This document shows, piece by piece, positions 62,601 to 64,000 of a stretch of DNA of 64,000 nucleotides. Within the stretch, counting starts at the first letter, position 1. Each line of letters starts with the position of its first letter. The stretch is from Macrostomum lignano (Eukaryota), in assembly GCA_002269645.1 (NCBI GenBank), contig NIVC01001060.1, positions 17,702 to 81,701 of the forward strand, read 5' to 3'. A model generated the notes under the pieces. It saw nothing but the letters and a program-made list of their open reading frames with translations. It was not told the origin of the DNA and searched no databases. Both the position numbers and the translations under genes were made by a program.

Positions 62601-64000
62601 CGGTCCAGCAGTGGATCCGTGCTGAACATCCGTACAGTGACAGTTTCGTCAGCTGGACGGTACAACTGCTCCGCTAGCAACCAGTTTGGAGCGACTACGA
62701 TTCTCTTTGACGTTAGCGTCGTCTCCAAACCTGTTATCGTTCCTCCAACCGGACTTGTGAATTCAAAAAAGCTTGTGAAACTTAATGACAGCTTGCTGTT
62801 GGATTGCCGTCTCTTTGACTCTGTCAGGTCCGATCTGGACGCCTCGCTGGAGGTGATTTGGCTTAAGGACGGCGATCCGATTGATGGTCGTGTTATAGAC
62901 GTTGTCCAGAACTCCGATGGGGTGAGTTTAGATCGTGAAAATGTACATTCTTATCACTGCATACGATCTAAAATGTGACAATGGTGCATCGTTAGCGCAT
63001 GCGACCATGGAGCCATGTAGGCCTGGGGCTTGTGCGGTTGTCGATCACGAGGCATAATACGAGCTAATTCGCGCCGGAGTACATATTCATGTGTGTGTGT
63101 GCGTGCTCAGGGGTCAGAGTAGCCTATTCTGTATATTTTATTAAATAACAATTGAACCACTGCATCTACTCAATCCTAGACAAAATCACTTCTGATTCGT
63201 CGAGCCAGCCTAGCCGACTCCGGAAAGTACATGTGCATCGCTAGCAACAAGGCAGGCTCCGACAGTATACTAATTGACGTGTCCGTCATTTATTCGCCTC
63301 ACGCCACCAGTTCGCAAGTTCAAGTTCTCCGTCGAAGTGCCGGACAGGATGTCAGTATTAGCTGCAACGTGACCGATGGAGTTCCTCCTGCCGTGTTCAC
63401 TTGGCGAATGAACCCTGCGGTGTCATCAGCTCGCAGCTCCTCGATTGGCTCGCCTGACAGCAGCAGTCGAATCAAGCTGTCTACCGATCGAAAAGTGCTC
63501 ACAATCAAGCGCTTAGTTGCCAGCGACTCGGGTAGTTACGATTGCACAGCAACCAATCGAGTCGGCTCGGCAACTAGTCGAACTCGCCTAATCGTCAGCG
63601 ACCCACCGGTGATCGATCGGAGCAAACTCGGTCCCGTTGAACGGTGGGTTCTGCGCAATCGAGGAGCCAGTTTAACTTGTCCAATCGGATCGGGCAGCCC
63701 GCGTCCATCGCTGACCTGGTTTCTGAACGGCAGACGCCTGGACACTGCAGATTCTTCTAACGGTTTTATACTTCGACGCAACGGTGAGGAGCTGGAGATT
63801 CTAAGCGCCCAACCCGAGCACCAAGGCGTTATCGCATGCGGGGCAGCCAATCCATCTGGCATAGACGCCATCGAGCTCGTTCTGTCCGTTGTTGAAGCTC
63901 CGATTCTTCGCCAGTCGCCAGACGAAATCCGTGCGAAGTCTGGCGATCCAGTCAGCATTTGGTGTCGCGTGCTCAACGGCACAAGGCCGATTGACCTGAG
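32698..64000 (+). CDS. HMCN: Hemicentin-like extracellular matrix protein (signal peptide, VWA, tandem Ig domains), runs off the window; exons 32698-32935, 47115-47344, 47415-47537, 55782-55959, 56041-56148, 56677-56814, 58852-59030, 60171-60531, 60665-60896, 61356-62005, 62200-62921, 63180->64000
   Basis: SLAIVFDTTGSMKDDL (MIDAS), VQGGGDCPE...IYVFTDA, ESQVVFVLTGDC, HSIRVTG, EPPTGFFYVVVTG.D, then I-set Ig repeats (C...W...D.G.Y.C); all introns GT-AG with matching phases. Confidence 0.93.
32947..47069. repeat. 10-bp satellite (ACTCACTGTA)n, about 14.1 kb and ~1,400 units, filling hemicentin intron 1
   Basis: Direct inspection; variants GCTCACTGTA, CTCACCGTA, CATCATTGTA, CATTTTA. Confidence 0.99.
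47740..48600. repeat. GA-rich microsatellite in hemicentin intron 3
   Basis: Direct inspection. Confidence 0.95.
48600..48720. mobile_element. Terminus of a hAT (Charlie-like) non-autonomous element
   Basis: GGGCCGGAT...CGGGCCACATGTGGCTCACGGGCCGGAGGTTGCCAGTACCTG followed by CTCTAGAG, which fits the NTCTAGAN target preference of Charlie-type hATs. Confidence 0.6.
49530..55607. repeat. 12-bp minisatellite (GTGTCTGTCCTR), about 6.1 kb, in hemicentin intron 3
   Basis: Direct inspection; source of the spurious (VSVL)n and (RTDT)n ORFs. Confidence 0.98.
56235..56478 (-). mobile_element. Non-autonomous interspersed repeat, copy 3 (5'-truncated), in hemicentin intron 5
   Basis: Homology to 19043-19341; hairpin plus CTAA at the 3' end. 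Confidence 0.8.
56863..56960. mobile_element. Terminus of a hAT-like element (CAGGGGTCCTCAAACT) preceded by CTCTAAAC
   Basis: Typical hAT terminal sequence and target-like octamer; continues into a CT-rich tract. Confidence 0.55.
57362..58128 (-). pseudogene. C-type lectin + PAN-like paralog B, nested antisense in hemicentin intron 6; apparent 1-nt frameshift after the signal peptide (pseudogene or sequencing error)
   Basis: Clear paralogy to 14783-15532; ATG 58128 encodes a hydrophobic leader but is out of frame with the 57362-58063 ORF; adding one T in the run at 58078-58082 restores the frame. Confidence 0.75.
59462..60006. mobile_element. MITE-like element of about 545 bp with ~35-bp terminal inverted repeats, in hemicentin intron 7
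   Basis: AAAGAGGATGTGAACTAAAGA at 59462 is exactly inverted, ending at 60006; three mismatches in the following ~14 bp. Confidence 0.8.

Noticed and set aside
63536-63982. Minus-strand ORFs over the last exon
   Set aside because: Antisense shadows of hemicentin Ig-domain coding sequence, whose frame is open from 63180 to the window end

Overview
Eukaryotic (metazoan) genomic DNA, not prokaryotic. GC-rich exons are separated by GT-AG introns, most of them packed with tandem repeats; the style is compatible with a free-living flatworm such as Macrostomum (inference, not verified). Genes reconstructed by hand with phase-consistent splice sites: SURF1 (3' part), GTF2H2/p44, intronless VPS26C/DSCR3, an ATF4/ATF5-like bZIP, a secreted C-type lectin (CTLD plus degenerate PAN/apple-like domain), a 7-exon LRRC74-like LRR/EF-hand gene on the minus strand, and the 5' 12 exons of a hemicentin-like (VWA + Ig) gene. 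The hemicentin-like gene has a 14.2-kb first intron that is almost pure ACTCACTGTA satellite, and a second, frameshifted lectin paralog nested antisense in intron 6. Most long ORFs in the supplied track are tandem-repeat artefacts. Most notable signals: (1) an ATF4-type two-uORF leader that the ORF track missed; (2) a possible trans-spliced SURF1-GTF2H2-VPS26C operon; (3) the satellite-filled intron with higher-order structure; (4) a 107-bp near-identical tract shared by two otherwise diverged lectin paralogs.
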